From the NCBI GenBank assembly GCA_002840365.1, contig PHAO01000001.1, positions 367,514-431,513 on the forward strand: a DNA stretch of 64,000 bases, written 5' to 3'. The stretch comes from Candidatus Dojkabacteria bacterium HGW-Dojkabacteria-1. Lineage in GTDB: Bacteria > Patescibacteriota > Dojkabacteria > SC72. This document shows, one piece after another, positions 21,398 through 31,372 of the stretch (positions are counted from its first letter, which is position 1; every line of letters begins with the position of its first letter). The notes under the pieces are model-generated. The model saw only the letters and a program-made list of their open reading frames with translations. It ran no database searches and was not told where the DNA came from. The translations under genes were made by a program, and so were the position numbers.

Positions 21398-21559
21398 AGA
21401 AGCTATTATATCAGAGTGTTTACATTTTTATATACAAAAAGTGTGCATATGGTATAATGTAGGGTCTATGTTAAGAAAGGTATTAAGCAATTAATACCCT
21501 GTGTAGGTTACCTTCATGTGTGCTTATCCGTAGTCTTTTTATTTTTTATTTATTTATAA

Positions 21560-21880
21560 ATGCAGAACAAACTTTTTGTTGGAAACCTTTCATGGGGTAC
21601 CACAGATGAGTCTTTGCTTACACTTTTCTCTGAAATTGGAGAAGTAGTTGAAGCAAAGGTAATTGTAGACAAGTTCAAGAACAGATCCAAAGGATTTGGT
21701 TTTGTTACTATGGCTACAGAAGAGTTAGCACAAGCAGCTATCGACCAATTAAATGGTAAAGAGGTTGACGGAAGAGCTATCAACGTTTCAATCGCAAAGC
21801 CTCCTAGAGAGGATGGTGGATTCAGAAACGACAGAAGAGGTAACGACAGAGGTGGTAGAAGAGATGACTTCTACAGATAA
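21560..21880 (+). CDS. RRM (RNP-1) RNA-binding protein
   Basis: RNP2 LFVGNL, RNP1 KGFGFVTM, Gly/Arg/Asp tail. Confidence 0.95.
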   Translation: MQNKLFVGNLSWGTTDESLLTLFSEIGEVVEAKVIVDKFKNRSKGFGFVTMATEELAQAAIDQLNGKEVDGRAINVSIAKPPREDGGFRNDRRGNDRGGRRDDFYR

Positions 21881-21917
21881 CCTTTTGTAAGAAACTGAAA
21901 TCGATTAAAGAGCTGGG

Positions 21918-23885
21918 TTAAATACTCAGCTCTTTTATTTTATCCCTTATTTCTGCTGCTTTTTCAAATTGAAGATTCTCTGCTGCTAGAAGCATCTTTG
22001 CTCTCAAATCCTTTATCATTAACTTCTTTTGTTTTTCTGTAAGTTTTTCAACCTCTATATCTAAAGATTTTTTCATCATATCCTCCTTTTCAACCAATCT
22101 GTCACGTATATCTTTCTGTATAGAAGTAGGTGTAATATTATTAATCTTGTTGTACTTTCTTTGATATTCCCTACGCCTATTCGTTTCACTTAATGCATAC
22201 TTCATACTCTCTGTTACTTTGTCTGCATACATAATGACTTTACCATTAACATGTCTTGCAGCTCTCCCAATAGTTTGTACCAAGCTTGTTTTTGAGCGTA
22301 GAAAACCTTCTTTGTCAGCATCCAATATTATGACTAATGAAACTTCTGGCAAATCTATTCCCTCTCTTAGTAGATTAATTCCTACTAAAACATCATACTC
22401 TCCCAGTCTTAAATTTCTTAAAATCTCTACTCTTTCAACTGTATCAATGTCTGAATGTAGATATGCCACCTTAATATTGTATTCCTTTAGATATTCAGTT
22501 AAATCTTCAGACATTCTTTTTGTTAAGGTAGTAATTAATACTCTTTCTCCGTTTTCAACGTTCTTCCTTACCTCATTTATTACATCATCAATTTGATTTT
22601 CTGTTTTTCTTACATCTATCTCTGGATCGAGAAGACCTGTAGGTCTTGTAAGTAACTCAATTACATTCTTGTTACTATCAATTATCTCCCATTCATCAGG
22701 TGTTGCAGAGAAATATATTGTATTTCCTTGCTTTTTCCTGAATTCATTGAAATTAAGAGGCCTGTTATCATATGCAGAGGGCAATCTAAAACCGTGTTCG
22801 ATTAAATTTGTCTTTCTTGCCCTATCACCATTGTACATTCCTCCAACTTGAGGAATAGTGATGTGGGATTCATCTACAAAGAGTAGGTAGTCTCCAGGGA
22901 AGTAATCTAAAAGAGTATATGGTGGTTGTCCAGTCTCTCTTCCATCGAAGTATATTGAATAGTTTTCCATACTTTTACAAAATCCAATCTCTTTCATCAT
23001 TTCCATATCATATCTAGTCTTTTGCTCTAATCTTTGAGCCTCTACCTCCTTACCAAGATTTCTTAAGAATGCGACTCTTTTACCTAAATCTCTTTCAATA
23101 TTCTCTACGGCTTTAGCCATAGTGTCTGCATCATATACAAGAGGGGTTGCAGGGAAAATGTCCAAATTATCAACTTCTCCAATCTTTTGTTTTGAAATTG
23201 GTTCAATATATACAATCCTCTCTATCTGATTTCCCCAGAATTCAATTTTTACCGGAAATTCTTCATATGGCATGTAAAGTTCCAGAGAATCTCCTCTAAT
23301 TAAAAATGTCCCTGGAATTAAGTCTGTTCCTTCTCTTTCATATCTTAGGAATGTAAGTTTTTGTGCTAAACCTCCAATCTCTATACTCTCTCCAACTCGT
23401 ATCTCTATAGATTTGTTCTCATAGTTTTCTGGACTCCCAATATTGTAGATACATGACACAGAAGCTACCACTATTGTATCTCTTCTAGTTCTTGCTGCAT
23501 TCATTGCACTTAACCTTAGTTTCTCTATCTCTTCATTCACCTCAGATTCCTTTTCAATATACAAATCTCTAGAAGGAATATATGCCTCTGGTTGGTAGTA
23601 ATCATAGTAGGAGACAAAATATTTAACAGCATTTTCTGGAAAAAACTCTTTAAATTCTTCATACAATTGAGCTGCTAATGTTTTGTTATGAGAGAGAACT
23701 AAGGTGGGTCTGTTTGTATTTGCAATTACATTTGCCATTACAAAAGTTTTACCTGAACCAGTTACACCAAGAAGAACCTGTCTGTTTTTCCCTTCAGAAA
23801 TATTTTTTTCAAGATTAGAAACAGCTCTCTGCTGATCTGGGGAGAGTTCGTACTTACTTTTTAAAAGAAATTGTTCTTGTATCAC
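21918..23885 (-). CDS. uvrB: Excinuclease ABC subunit B
   Basis: LGVTGSGKTF, YFVSYYDYYQPEAY, DESH, GINLLREG, QTIGRAAR. Confidence 0.97.
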   Translation of the reverse strand: MIQEQFLLKSKYELSPDQQRAVSNLEKNISEGKNRQVLLGVTGSGKTFVMANVIANTNRPTLVLSHNKTLAAQLYEEFKEFFPENAVKYFVSYYDYYQPEAYIPSRDLYIEKESEVNEEIEKLRLSAMNAARTRRDTIVVASVSCIYNIGSPENYENKSIEIRVGESIEIGGLAQKLTFLRYEREGTDLIPGTFLIRGDSLELYMPYEEFPVKIEFWGNQIERIVYIEPISKQKIGEVDNLDIFPATPLVYDADTMAKAVENIERDLGKRVAFLRNLGKEVEAQRLEQKTRYDMEMMKEIGFCKSMENYSIYFDGRETGQPPYTLLDYFPGDYLLFVDESHITIPQVGGMYNGDRARKTNLIEHGFRLPSAYDNRPLNFNEFRKKQGNTIYFSATPDEWEIIDSNKNVIELLTRPTGLLDPEIDVRKTENQIDDVINEVRKNVENGERVLITTLTKRMSEDLTEYLKEYNIKVAYLHSDIDTVERVEILRNLRLGEYDVLVGINLLREGIDLPEVSLVIILDADKEGFLRSKTSLVQTIGRAARHVNGKVIMYADKVTESMKYALSETNRRREYQRKYNKINNITPTSIQKDIRDRLVEKEDMMKKSLDIEVEKLTEKQKKLMIKDLRAKMLLAAENLQFEKAAEIRDKIKELSI

Positions 23886-23891
23886 GATATG

Positions 23892-23925
23892 ATTTTAACA
23901 GAATATTTAATATCTGTGTTAAAAT
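23892..23925. promoter_or_regulatory. Back-to-back extended -10 promoters for uvrB and mutL
   Basis: TGTTAAAAT on each strand, 6-7 nt from each start codon. Confidence 0.6.
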
Positions 23926-23932
23926 ATTTCGT

Positions 23933-25729
23933 ATGCAAGAGAGAATTGTGTTAAACAAATTACCACAGGAATTAGTGAATCAAATTGCCGCAGGTGAGGT
24001 CATTGAAAGACCTGCTTCTGTTGTAAAAGAGCTAATTGACAACAGTATTGATGCAAATGCCAAGAAGGTGCAGATTAAGATTGTAAACGGAGGTATGGAT
24101 TTAATTGAAGTAAGTGATGATGGTATTGGTATTCCTAAGGAAAATATTGGAAATGTTTTTGATGCACATACTACTAGCAAGATTTCATCATTAGAGGACT
24201 TAAACAATCTTTTAACAATGGGTTTTAGAGGTGAAGCTCTCTCCACTATTGTTGCAGTTTCAAAAGTAAAACTCATATCAAAATATATGCAAGAAGAAAT
24301 TGCAAATGAAATCTTCTTCAAAGATTCTGGAGAAAAAATATTAAGAAGTGCTGCAAGAGAAGGGGGTACAGTCGTTACAGTAGAAAATATTTTTGGGAAT
24401 ATACCTGCAAGAAGGAAATTCCTTAAATCTGCACTGACAGAATACAAAAAAATATTAGAAATATTAATACCATACTTTTTAGTATATCCAAATATACACT
24501 TTACCCTTATTAAAGATTCTAAAATAGTATATGACCTTCCAGCTATTCAAAATTCAAAACCAAATTCAGTAGAAAAAGAGAGATTAAATACCCTACTTAA
24601 AGAAGAGTATGTTTCAAGAATGTTAAAAGTATTTTTTGATGGAGGGGGTACAAGGATATCTGGATTTGTTGCACATCCTTCGGATCATCAAAAAAAAGCT
24701 AGTAATCAGTATATATTTGTTAACAGAAGACCCATCAAGGATATGGGAATTTCTAGAGCTGTATATCAAGGTATGAGTAGATATATTCCACATGGAGAAA
24801 AAGTTTCATTTGTTTTACTTCTAGATATTAAACCAGACCTAGTAGATGTTAATGTTCACCCAAGAAAGGAAGAGGTTAGATTTCTTAATCCCTTTAGGGT
24901 GTATTCAGCAGTAGAAGAATCTGTAAGGAAAGCAGTGGAAAATGCTACATCATACAGGATTGAAAACAGAGATTTCGGTGTTTCAACCATTCCTCAATCA
25001 AAAGTATATGCACCAAGGGATATTTCATTTGGGAAAAGTAGGGGTAGTTCAGTTCAAGAAAGCCTTCTTTTTAGCAAAGAGGCTCTTTCTCAATCCTCAT
25101 ATGAAAGTAATACACAGATACAGAATTTCAGTACACAGGATGTTACCCCTTCTTCAATTAGAAATATCTTTCAAATATTTAATAAATATATTGTAATAGA
25201 GTTTGATGAAGAAGTTCTTTGGATTGTTGATCAACATGCTGCAGCTGAGAGAATAACTTTTGAGAAATTGAAAAAGAATCAGAAAGTAAATCTAGAATTA
25301 CAAAAATTACTTGTTCCATTTGAGATAGAAATGTCAGAGATAGAAATAATTGGTATGGAGGAATTGAGAGAGTTTTTTACTAAAATTGGGTTTGAGTATG
25401 AAATACAAGACAACAAAGTATATATTTCTTCTGCCCCAGTTGAATTCATAAAGACGGATTTCAAAAGATTTTTCGAAGAAATTTTTTCTTTAAGTGATGA
25501 TATTAGAAATATTTCTAAAGAAATATTAAGATTAGAAGAAGATATATATGCAACAATGGCATGTCATGGAAGTGTAAGGAGTGGACAATTGCTTCGAAGA
25601 GAAGAAATGATTGATATATACAAAAAGTTAATTGATTGCGAGAACCCATATAGCTGTCCTCATGGTAGGCCTGCTGTATGGAAAATGAAGCTTAGTGAGA
25701 TTGATATGAATTTTGAAAGAACATACTAA
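23933..25729 (+). CDS. mutL: DNA mismatch repair protein MutL
   Basis: IAAGEVIERPASVVKEL, GFRGEAL, DVNVHP.K.EV, DQHAAAER, CPHGRP. Confidence 0.97.
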   Translation: MQERIVLNKLPQELVNQIAAGEVIERPASVVKELIDNSIDANAKKVQIKIVNGGMDLIEVSDDGIGIPKENIGNVFDAHTTSKISSLEDLNNLLTMGFRGEALSTIVAVSKVKLISKYMQEEIANEIFFKDSGEKILRSAAREGGTVVTVENIFGNIPARRKFLKSALTEYKKILEILIPYFLVYPNIHFTLIKDSKIVYDLPAIQNSKPNSVEKERLNTLLKEEYVSRMLKVFFDGGGTRISGFVAHPSDHQKKASNQYIFVNRRPIKDMGISRAVYQGMSRYIPHGEKVSFVLLLDIKPDLVDVNVHPRKEEVRFLNPFRVYSAVEESVRKAVENATSYRIENRDFGVSTIPQSKVYAPRDISFGKSRGSSVQESLLFSKEALSQSSYESNTQIQNFSTQDVTPSSIRNIFQIFNKYIVIEFDEEVLWIVDQHAAAERITFEKLKKNQKVNLELQKLLVPFEIEMSEIEIIGMEELREFFTKIGFEYEIQDNKVYISSAPVEFIKTDFKRFFEEIFSLSDDIRNISKEILRLEEDIYATMACHGSVRSGQLLRREEMIDIYKKLIDCENPYSCPHGRPAVWKMKLSEIDMNFERTY

Positions 25730-26442
25730 TGAAAAGATTTGGAACCCTCTATCTTGTACCAACATCCTTAAGTGGAAAACCTTTGAAGGAGGAACTTAAG
25801 AACTCTGATTTGAAAATATTAAGAGATTTAAAACATTTCATTGTAGAAACACCCAAAACTGCAAGAGCATATCTTGCAGGACTTGATATTGTTCTTCAGG
25901 AACTAGATATGAGAGTACTAGATGAACATACTCGAAGTAAGGATATTTCATATCTATTAGAACCTTTAATACAGGGGAATGATGTAGGTTTAATGAGTGA
26001 TGCAGGGACTCCAGCAGTTGCAGATCCAGGCAGTCTTGTAGTAAGAGAGTGCCACAAAATTGGGATAAAGGTAGTGCCTCTCGTTGGTCCTTCCTCAATA
26101 TTGTTAGCACTAATGTCATCTGGTATGAACGGTCAACAATTTTGTTTTAATGGTTATCTACCAAGAGATCCAAACAAAAGAAAGGCAAAGATAAAGCAGT
26201 TGGAAAGAGAATCACTCAGAAGAAATATGTCTCAAATCTTCATAGAAGCCCCATATCGTAATAGTTCGCTCTTTAAAGATATCATTCAAGTCTGCAATCC
26301 AAATACAGACTTGTGTTTAGCAGTAGATATTACCGGAGAAAAAGAATATATTAAAACACAAAGTATAAAAGAATGGAGATTAGAGAAAGATATTAAGATA
26401 CTTGATATTCCAATGATATATATAATATTAGCAAATAGATAA
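25729..26442 (+). CDS. RsmI-like tetrapyrrole-methylase family SAM methyltransferase
   Basis: SDAGTPAVADPG, GPSSILLALM.SG, F.GYLP, IFIEAPYRN. Confidence 0.88.
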   Translation: MKRFGTLYLVPTSLSGKPLKEELKNSDLKILRDLKHFIVETPKTARAYLAGLDIVLQELDMRVLDEHTRSKDISYLLEPLIQGNDVGLMSDAGTPAVADPGSLVVRECHKIGIKVVPLVGPSSILLALMSSGMNGQQFCFNGYLPRDPNKRKAKIKQLERESLRRNMSQIFIEAPYRNSSLFKDIIQVCNPNTDLCLAVDITGEKEYIKTQSIKEWRLEKDIKILDIPMIYIILANR

Positions 26443-28592
26443 TGAAAATAACTAAGAAATTTTTGTTAATATTTTCAGCGGTAATCTTTACACTTGGACT
26501 TTTAGGATTTGGTATATATAAATATATTGAAGACAGGGAATATCAGAAAGCTTCTCCATACGATGTATTGATATCAGATATATATGCAAACTCTGTAACA
26601 ATTTCTTGGAAAACAGATGTAGATACAGCCTCATATATAAAGATTGGAAAAAGTGAAAAGCTTTGGGGGGAAGAAGAAAGAAGTAAATTCCATAGAATTA
26701 GATTACAAGGACTAAAAGAACTGAGCGAATACTCTTTTAGTATTTCCGATGGGAAACGTGTATGGCAAGAACCTCTTAACAATTCTAATGAGCTTAAGGA
26801 ATATGTTCTCAAGGAGTTTAAATTCTCTACTACTGAATCAAAAGAGGAAATTCTTCTCCCAGAGGTAGAGGAATTAAATGTATTACCAAACGAAATTGTA
26901 TATATAGTGTTGGAGAAAGATGGAACTAATCAAAAATCAGAGATAAGGAGTTTTACAGCTAATAGGTTTGGAGGAATAGCAGTTGATGTTAACGGATTTG
27001 ATATAGGGAAAAATGGAGAAAAAGCTAAGATTAAAAATATTGAGTATATATCTGCAAAGAGAGAAAACAAATCTTTAATTCCAATCCTTTACTCTTCAGA
27101 AATTAATTGTAATCAAAATGTTTCTAATCAATCATTTGATGGTCTTAGTAAGGATAAATTTGCAGAATTAGCTACTAGATGGGTTGCAGGCAGAGGAAAG
27201 AACTATGCGAAGGAGTGCTACAACGATGTAATTTACAAAGCAAAGAAAGAGGGAGTTGATCCTGGGTTTGCACTCACAATTTGGTTAAACGAATCTGGAG
27301 CCAGCAACTACACCCAAAACATGAGTATCTATGGAATGGTAGAAGACTTTGGTATCCACGGATTAGCATCCGTACCACCTCAGAATTTTAGTAAACAGAT
27401 AGATCATTTCCTTAAGCTAAGTCATAGTTATCAATGTCCTGGACTTTCTGCATGGGAAGCATGGGGTAATATATATAGATGGGGAAATTGTAATGAGAAT
27501 GATCCAGTAAAAAGACAGGTTGGAATCGACTATTACAAAGGAATAGAGAATGTATATGGCTGGGTTACAAATGGTAGAAAATTACCAACCAAAGTTACAG
27601 GGTTACCTAAATCAGACGATGGTGGAGGAGATGAAGGAGGATGGGGAAATGTTGAAGGTCCTCTTTGTTGTGCCTTAAAGATTGATAACAAGGATGAATT
27701 TCAAGGTGATTTTGAGAACAATGTGGCGGGTAAAACATGTGAACAAGTGTGGGTAGTAGGTAGAAATCTATATGGTGGGAAACTCGAATATTCTGTAGAA
27801 ATCAAGGATAGGGTTGCTGAAGCATGCGAAGTAAAATACGAAGGAGTATGTTGTCAATTACAAAACGATATTAAATGGTGGCCAAAAATCAATTGTTCAA
27901 AAGCTGTTCCAAACATTACCTCAAATCAAGCATGTAAAGAATATGCAAATGATAGGGCTTGTTTCTTTAGGGAAGGTAAATATCAATGGTTACCTAAAAG
28001 TATTGGAAATGACTCTGTTGAAGGTGTAACTACACAATCTCAATGTGATTCCAGAAACAAACTCTCTCAATACAAAGTATCACTTCAAAAAGGTATTAAT
28101 TTTGTAGGTTTTGATTTTTCTCCAACATATCAAGCAAGTACAATGTATGCTTCAAAATTGATTGAAAACAATCCCGATATTCTTTTGATTGGAAATTTTG
28201 AAGGATATGGTTGGAAAGATTTAATAAAGAAATCAGAAAAACTACCTTTTGCAGGAAATGATTTCTTCTTTGAACAAAACAAAGGATATTTAATTATTAC
28301 AACAGATGCTACTACAATTGAATTTGATGGATGGAGAGATTCTTCCTCTAAGTATTCTAAGCTAAATGATGGATGGAATTTAGTAGGAGGTACACTTTAC
28401 ACTAAATCCTTTAGGGCCTCTTCCTTAATCCAATCACTTTCAAAAGAAAATATAGAGGTTGATACAATTGGTACATGGGCAACAGACTTAGGAAGATTTA
28501 ATTATCGCAAAGAAGAAGGTACAAACATATATGGAGAAGATATCGTTTTAAAGAATAACGAGGGGATATTTTTAAAGAATAAAGTGAAGTAA
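26442..28592 (+). CDS. Membrane-anchored surface protein: FN3-like, lysozyme/SLT-like, Cys-rich and GWNL C-terminal domains
   Basis: N-terminal TM; SVTISWKT..H.I.L.GL FN3; AKKEGVDPGFALTIWLNESG lysozyme-like helix with Glu; CC repeats; C-terminus shared with 34463..37345. Confidence 0.75.
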   Translation: MKITKKFLLIFSAVIFTLGLLGFGIYKYIEDREYQKASPYDVLISDIYANSVTISWKTDVDTASYIKIGKSEKLWGEEERSKFHRIRLQGLKELSEYSFSISDGKRVWQEPLNNSNELKEYVLKEFKFSTTESKEEILLPEVEELNVLPNEIVYIVLEKDGTNQKSEIRSFTANRFGGIAVDVNGFDIGKNGEKAKIKNIEYISAKRENKSLIPILYSSEINCNQNVSNQSFDGLSKDKFAELATRWVAGRGKNYAKECYNDVIYKAKKEGVDPGFALTIWLNESGASNYTQNMSIYGMVEDFGIHGLASVPPQNFSKQIDHFLKLSHSYQCPGLSAWEAWGNIYRWGNCNENDPVKRQVGIDYYKGIENVYGWVTNGRKLPTKVTGLPKSDDGGGDEGGWGNVEGPLCCALKIDNKDEFQGDFENNVAGKTCEQVWVVGRNLYGGKLEYSVEIKDRVAEACEVKYEGVCCQLQNDIKWWPKINCSKAVPNITSNQACKEYANDRACFFREGKYQWLPKSIGNDSVEGVTTQSQCDSRNKLSQYKVSLQKGINFVGFDFSPTYQASTMYASKLIENNPDILLIGNFEGYGWKDLIKKSEKLPFAGNDFFFEQNKGYLIITTDATTIEFDGWRDSSSKYSKLNDGWNLVGGTLYTKSFRASSLIQSLSKENIEVDTIGTWATDLGRFNYRKEEGTNIYGEDIVLKNNEGIFLKNKVK

Positions 28593-28599
28593 GGTTGCT

Positions 28600-31278
28600 A
28601 TGAATGATACACATGCACAAGAAATACAAACTATTTTTAATGCTCTAAGTAGTAGCAAAAAGGGTCTTTCAAGTATCGAAGCAAAAAAAAGAATAGAACA
28701 GTATGGTGAGAATACTCTACCTGATGGAAGTAAAACATCTATTTTTAAAATAATCCTAAACAACACAAACAATATTCTTACATATGTACTTGGTGGTGCT
28801 GCCCTTATTTCATATATCCTGGGTCATCAAATTGATACATACGTTATACTTTCTGTTTTAGTAATAAATGTTGCAATTGCAACTCGTCATGAATTAAAAG
28901 CAGCAAATACAATAAATGGATTAAAGTCATTAGCAGCTCCTAAGTGTGTAGCACTAAGGAATGGTCATATCACAAAGATAAATGCATCAGAATTAGTACC
29001 AGGAGATATTGTTTTACTAAAGGAGGGTGACAAAGTCCCAGCTGATTGTAGGGTTGTTAGTGCAAAAAATCTTGCAGTGATTGAATCTTCTTTAACAGGA
29101 GAAGCTAAAGCTGTAAACAAAATGGAGGGAGTATTAATAAAAGAAACGATGCTGGGAGACAGATCAAATATGGTACATATGGGAACTATCGTAACTGCAG
29201 GAGAGGCAAGAGCAATTGTAGTTTCTACTGGTTTAGGTACTGAAATTGGGAAAATAGCAAAAAACATATCTGAAATAAAAGAGGAGAAAACTCTTTTTGA
29301 TATCCGTACAGAGAAATTGATGCAGACAATGATTATTATTGCACTCTCTACTGCATCTTTAACCTTTTTGATTGGTTTAATTAGAAGATTAGAAATATCA
29401 GAGCTTTTTCTGTTTACTACTGCATCTTTAGTATCTGCAATACCTGAAGGTTTACCAGCAGTACTTACTATCGCACTTTCTATTGCTGCTTACAGAATGG
29501 GAACAAGAAAAGCAGTAGTTAAAAACCTCTCAAGTATAGAAACACTTTCATCAGTTACCACCATTGTTACCGACAAAACTGGTACATTAACAAAAAATAC
29601 AATGACTGTAGAAAGAATATACTTGCCAGATGGTAGAAATATTGAAGTAACGGGTAAGGACTGGACTCCTAAAGGTAAATTTATTCTTCAAGGAAATGAA
29701 ATTTCTCCACAAAAAGATGAAATACTATCTGTTTTGTTACCATTTCTTTCAGTAGTAAACAACTCCAGACTATTAAAAGGAAAGACATATTCAATTATTG
29801 GGGATCCTACTGAAGCTTCTAGGTTAGTTCTTGCTAGAAAAGCAGGGTATGTTCAAAAGAAACTATTGAAAGAAAGATACAAGATTCTTGATGAAATACC
29901 CTACGGGCAAGATACGAAATACAGAGGTGCAATTATTAGAGATAGGATAGAAAAAAAGAACTATTTGGTTATAGTTGGTGCTTCTGAAAAGGTTTTTGCC
30001 AGATCTAAAAATACTATCATTGGAGAACTAAATCCGAACAAGAAGAAGGAAATAAATCATACTATTAATTCATGGACAAAAGAGGCAATGAGAGTTCAGG
30101 CCTTAGCATTCAAGGAAACAGTAAAAGAAAGTTTTGATGAAGAAAAAGTTGATAATCTTACATTTGGTTGTATATTAGGTATTCTTGATCCTGTTAGAGA
30201 TGATGTTTCTGAAGCTGTTCTTAAAGCAAAAAACGCTGGAATACATGTCATTATGGCTACAGGAGATCATAAAGAAACAGCTATCTCAATTGCAAAAAAA
30301 GTAGGAATAATAGATGAAAATAGTACAGGTATACTTGCATATTCAGAAGATGAGGTATGCAATATGAGTGACAAAGAATTCAAAAAGGCAGTTAAAGAAG
30401 TATCTGTATTTTCAAGATTAACTCCATCTACAAAATTAAGAATAGCAGAAAGTTTACAAGCTGAAGGAGAGATTGTCGCTATGACAGGTGATGGTGTAAA
30501 TGATGCTATGGCAATTAAAAAAGCAAATGTAGGAATATCAATGGGGAATATTGGAACGGATGCGGCTAGAGAAGCAAGTGATATTGTAATCATGGATGAT
30601 AATTTTGCTACCATCGTAAATGCAATAGAAGAAGGTTTAACAGTATTTAGAAATATTAAACAAACAAGTACATACTTGGTGACTACAAATCTTTCTGAAG
30701 ATTTCTTTATTATTGTTGCCTTAATAATAGGTACACCTCTTCCTTTGCTCCCTATTCAAATACTTTGGCTTAATCTTTTAACCGACGGTCTGTTAGATGT
30801 CTCTTTGGCCATGGAGAAACCAGGCAAGGATGTTTGGGCAAGGGGAATTGTTAACAAAAAAGAAAATATTATTAACAAAGAAACTCTGCCTTTAATTGTG
30901 ATAAATATTCTAACCATGGGTGTAATTGCATTAATAACCTTCAACGCAATACTGCCCGAAGGATTAGACAAAGCAAGAACAAGTGTATTTATAGTTATGA
31001 CTTTTTCTCAAATATTTTTTGCTTTCAATATGAGGTCAATGAGATACTCACTGTTTAAGATTGGAGTATTTACTAATAGGTATGTATTTCTTGCAGGTAT
31101 AACATCGTTAATACTAGGTATTTTACTAATAGAGATTCCATTCCTTGCAAATATCTTTAGATTTGATAATCTGGAGATTTTAGACTTTGCGAAGTTCTTT
31201 GTAATATCACTTCTTGTACTTGTTGTTGGGGAATCTTACAAGCTATTTATGGGGAAATATCGGGGAGACAGGACTTGA
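28600..31278 (+). CDS. P-type (IIA, Ca2+-like) cation-transporting ATPase
   Basis: TGE, PEGLP, DKTGTLT, TGD, GDGVND, QILWLNL.TDG. Confidence 0.95.
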   Translation: MNDTHAQEIQTIFNALSSSKKGLSSIEAKKRIEQYGENTLPDGSKTSIFKIILNNTNNILTYVLGGAALISYILGHQIDTYVILSVLVINVAIATRHELKAANTINGLKSLAAPKCVALRNGHITKINASELVPGDIVLLKEGDKVPADCRVVSAKNLAVIESSLTGEAKAVNKMEGVLIKETMLGDRSNMVHMGTIVTAGEARAIVVSTGLGTEIGKIAKNISEIKEEKTLFDIRTEKLMQTMIIIALSTASLTFLIGLIRRLEISELFLFTTASLVSAIPEGLPAVLTIALSIAAYRMGTRKAVVKNLSSIETLSSVTTIVTDKTGTLTKNTMTVERIYLPDGRNIEVTGKDWTPKGKFILQGNEISPQKDEILSVLLPFLSVVNNSRLLKGKTYSIIGDPTEASRLVLARKAGYVQKKLLKERYKILDEIPYGQDTKYRGAIIRDRIEKKNYLVIVGASEKVFARSKNTIIGELNPNKKKEINHTINSWTKEAMRVQALAFKETVKESFDEEKVDNLTFGCILGILDPVRDDVSEAVLKAKNAGIHVIMATGDHKETAISIAKKVGIIDENSTGILAYSEDEVCNMSDKEFKKAVKEVSVFSRLTPSTKLRIAESLQAEGEIVAMTGDGVNDAMAIKKANVGISMGNIGTDAAREASDIVIMDDNFATIVNAIEEGLTVFRNIKQTSTYLVTTNLSEDFFIIVALIIGTPLPLLPIQILWLNLLTDGLLDVSLAMEKPGKDVWARGIVNKKENIINKETLPLIVINILTMGVIALITFNAILPEGLDKARTSVFIVMTFSQIFFAFNMRSMRYSLFKIGVFTNRYVFLAGITSLILGILLIEIPFLANIFRFDNLEILDFAKFFVISLLVLVVGESYKLFMGKYRGDRT

Positions 31279-31333
31279 ACCTGCGGCCTCTGCGTCCCAA
31301 ACGCAGCGTTCTAGCCAACTGAACTACTCCCCG
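31260..31333 (-). tRNA. tRNA-Pro(TGG)
   Basis: Reverse strand: CGGGGAG/CTCCCCG acceptor; CTGCG-TT TGG GA-CGCAG; GGTTCAAGTCC; CCA not encoded. Confidence 0.95.
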
Positions 31334-31372
31334 GTGACAAATGATTTTATCACACTATGAAACTACTGTACA

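Noticed and set aside
23892-23925. Palindromic operator (SOS box) between uvrB and mutL
   Set aside because: The symmetry is explained by two divergent TGTTAAAAT extended -10 elements.
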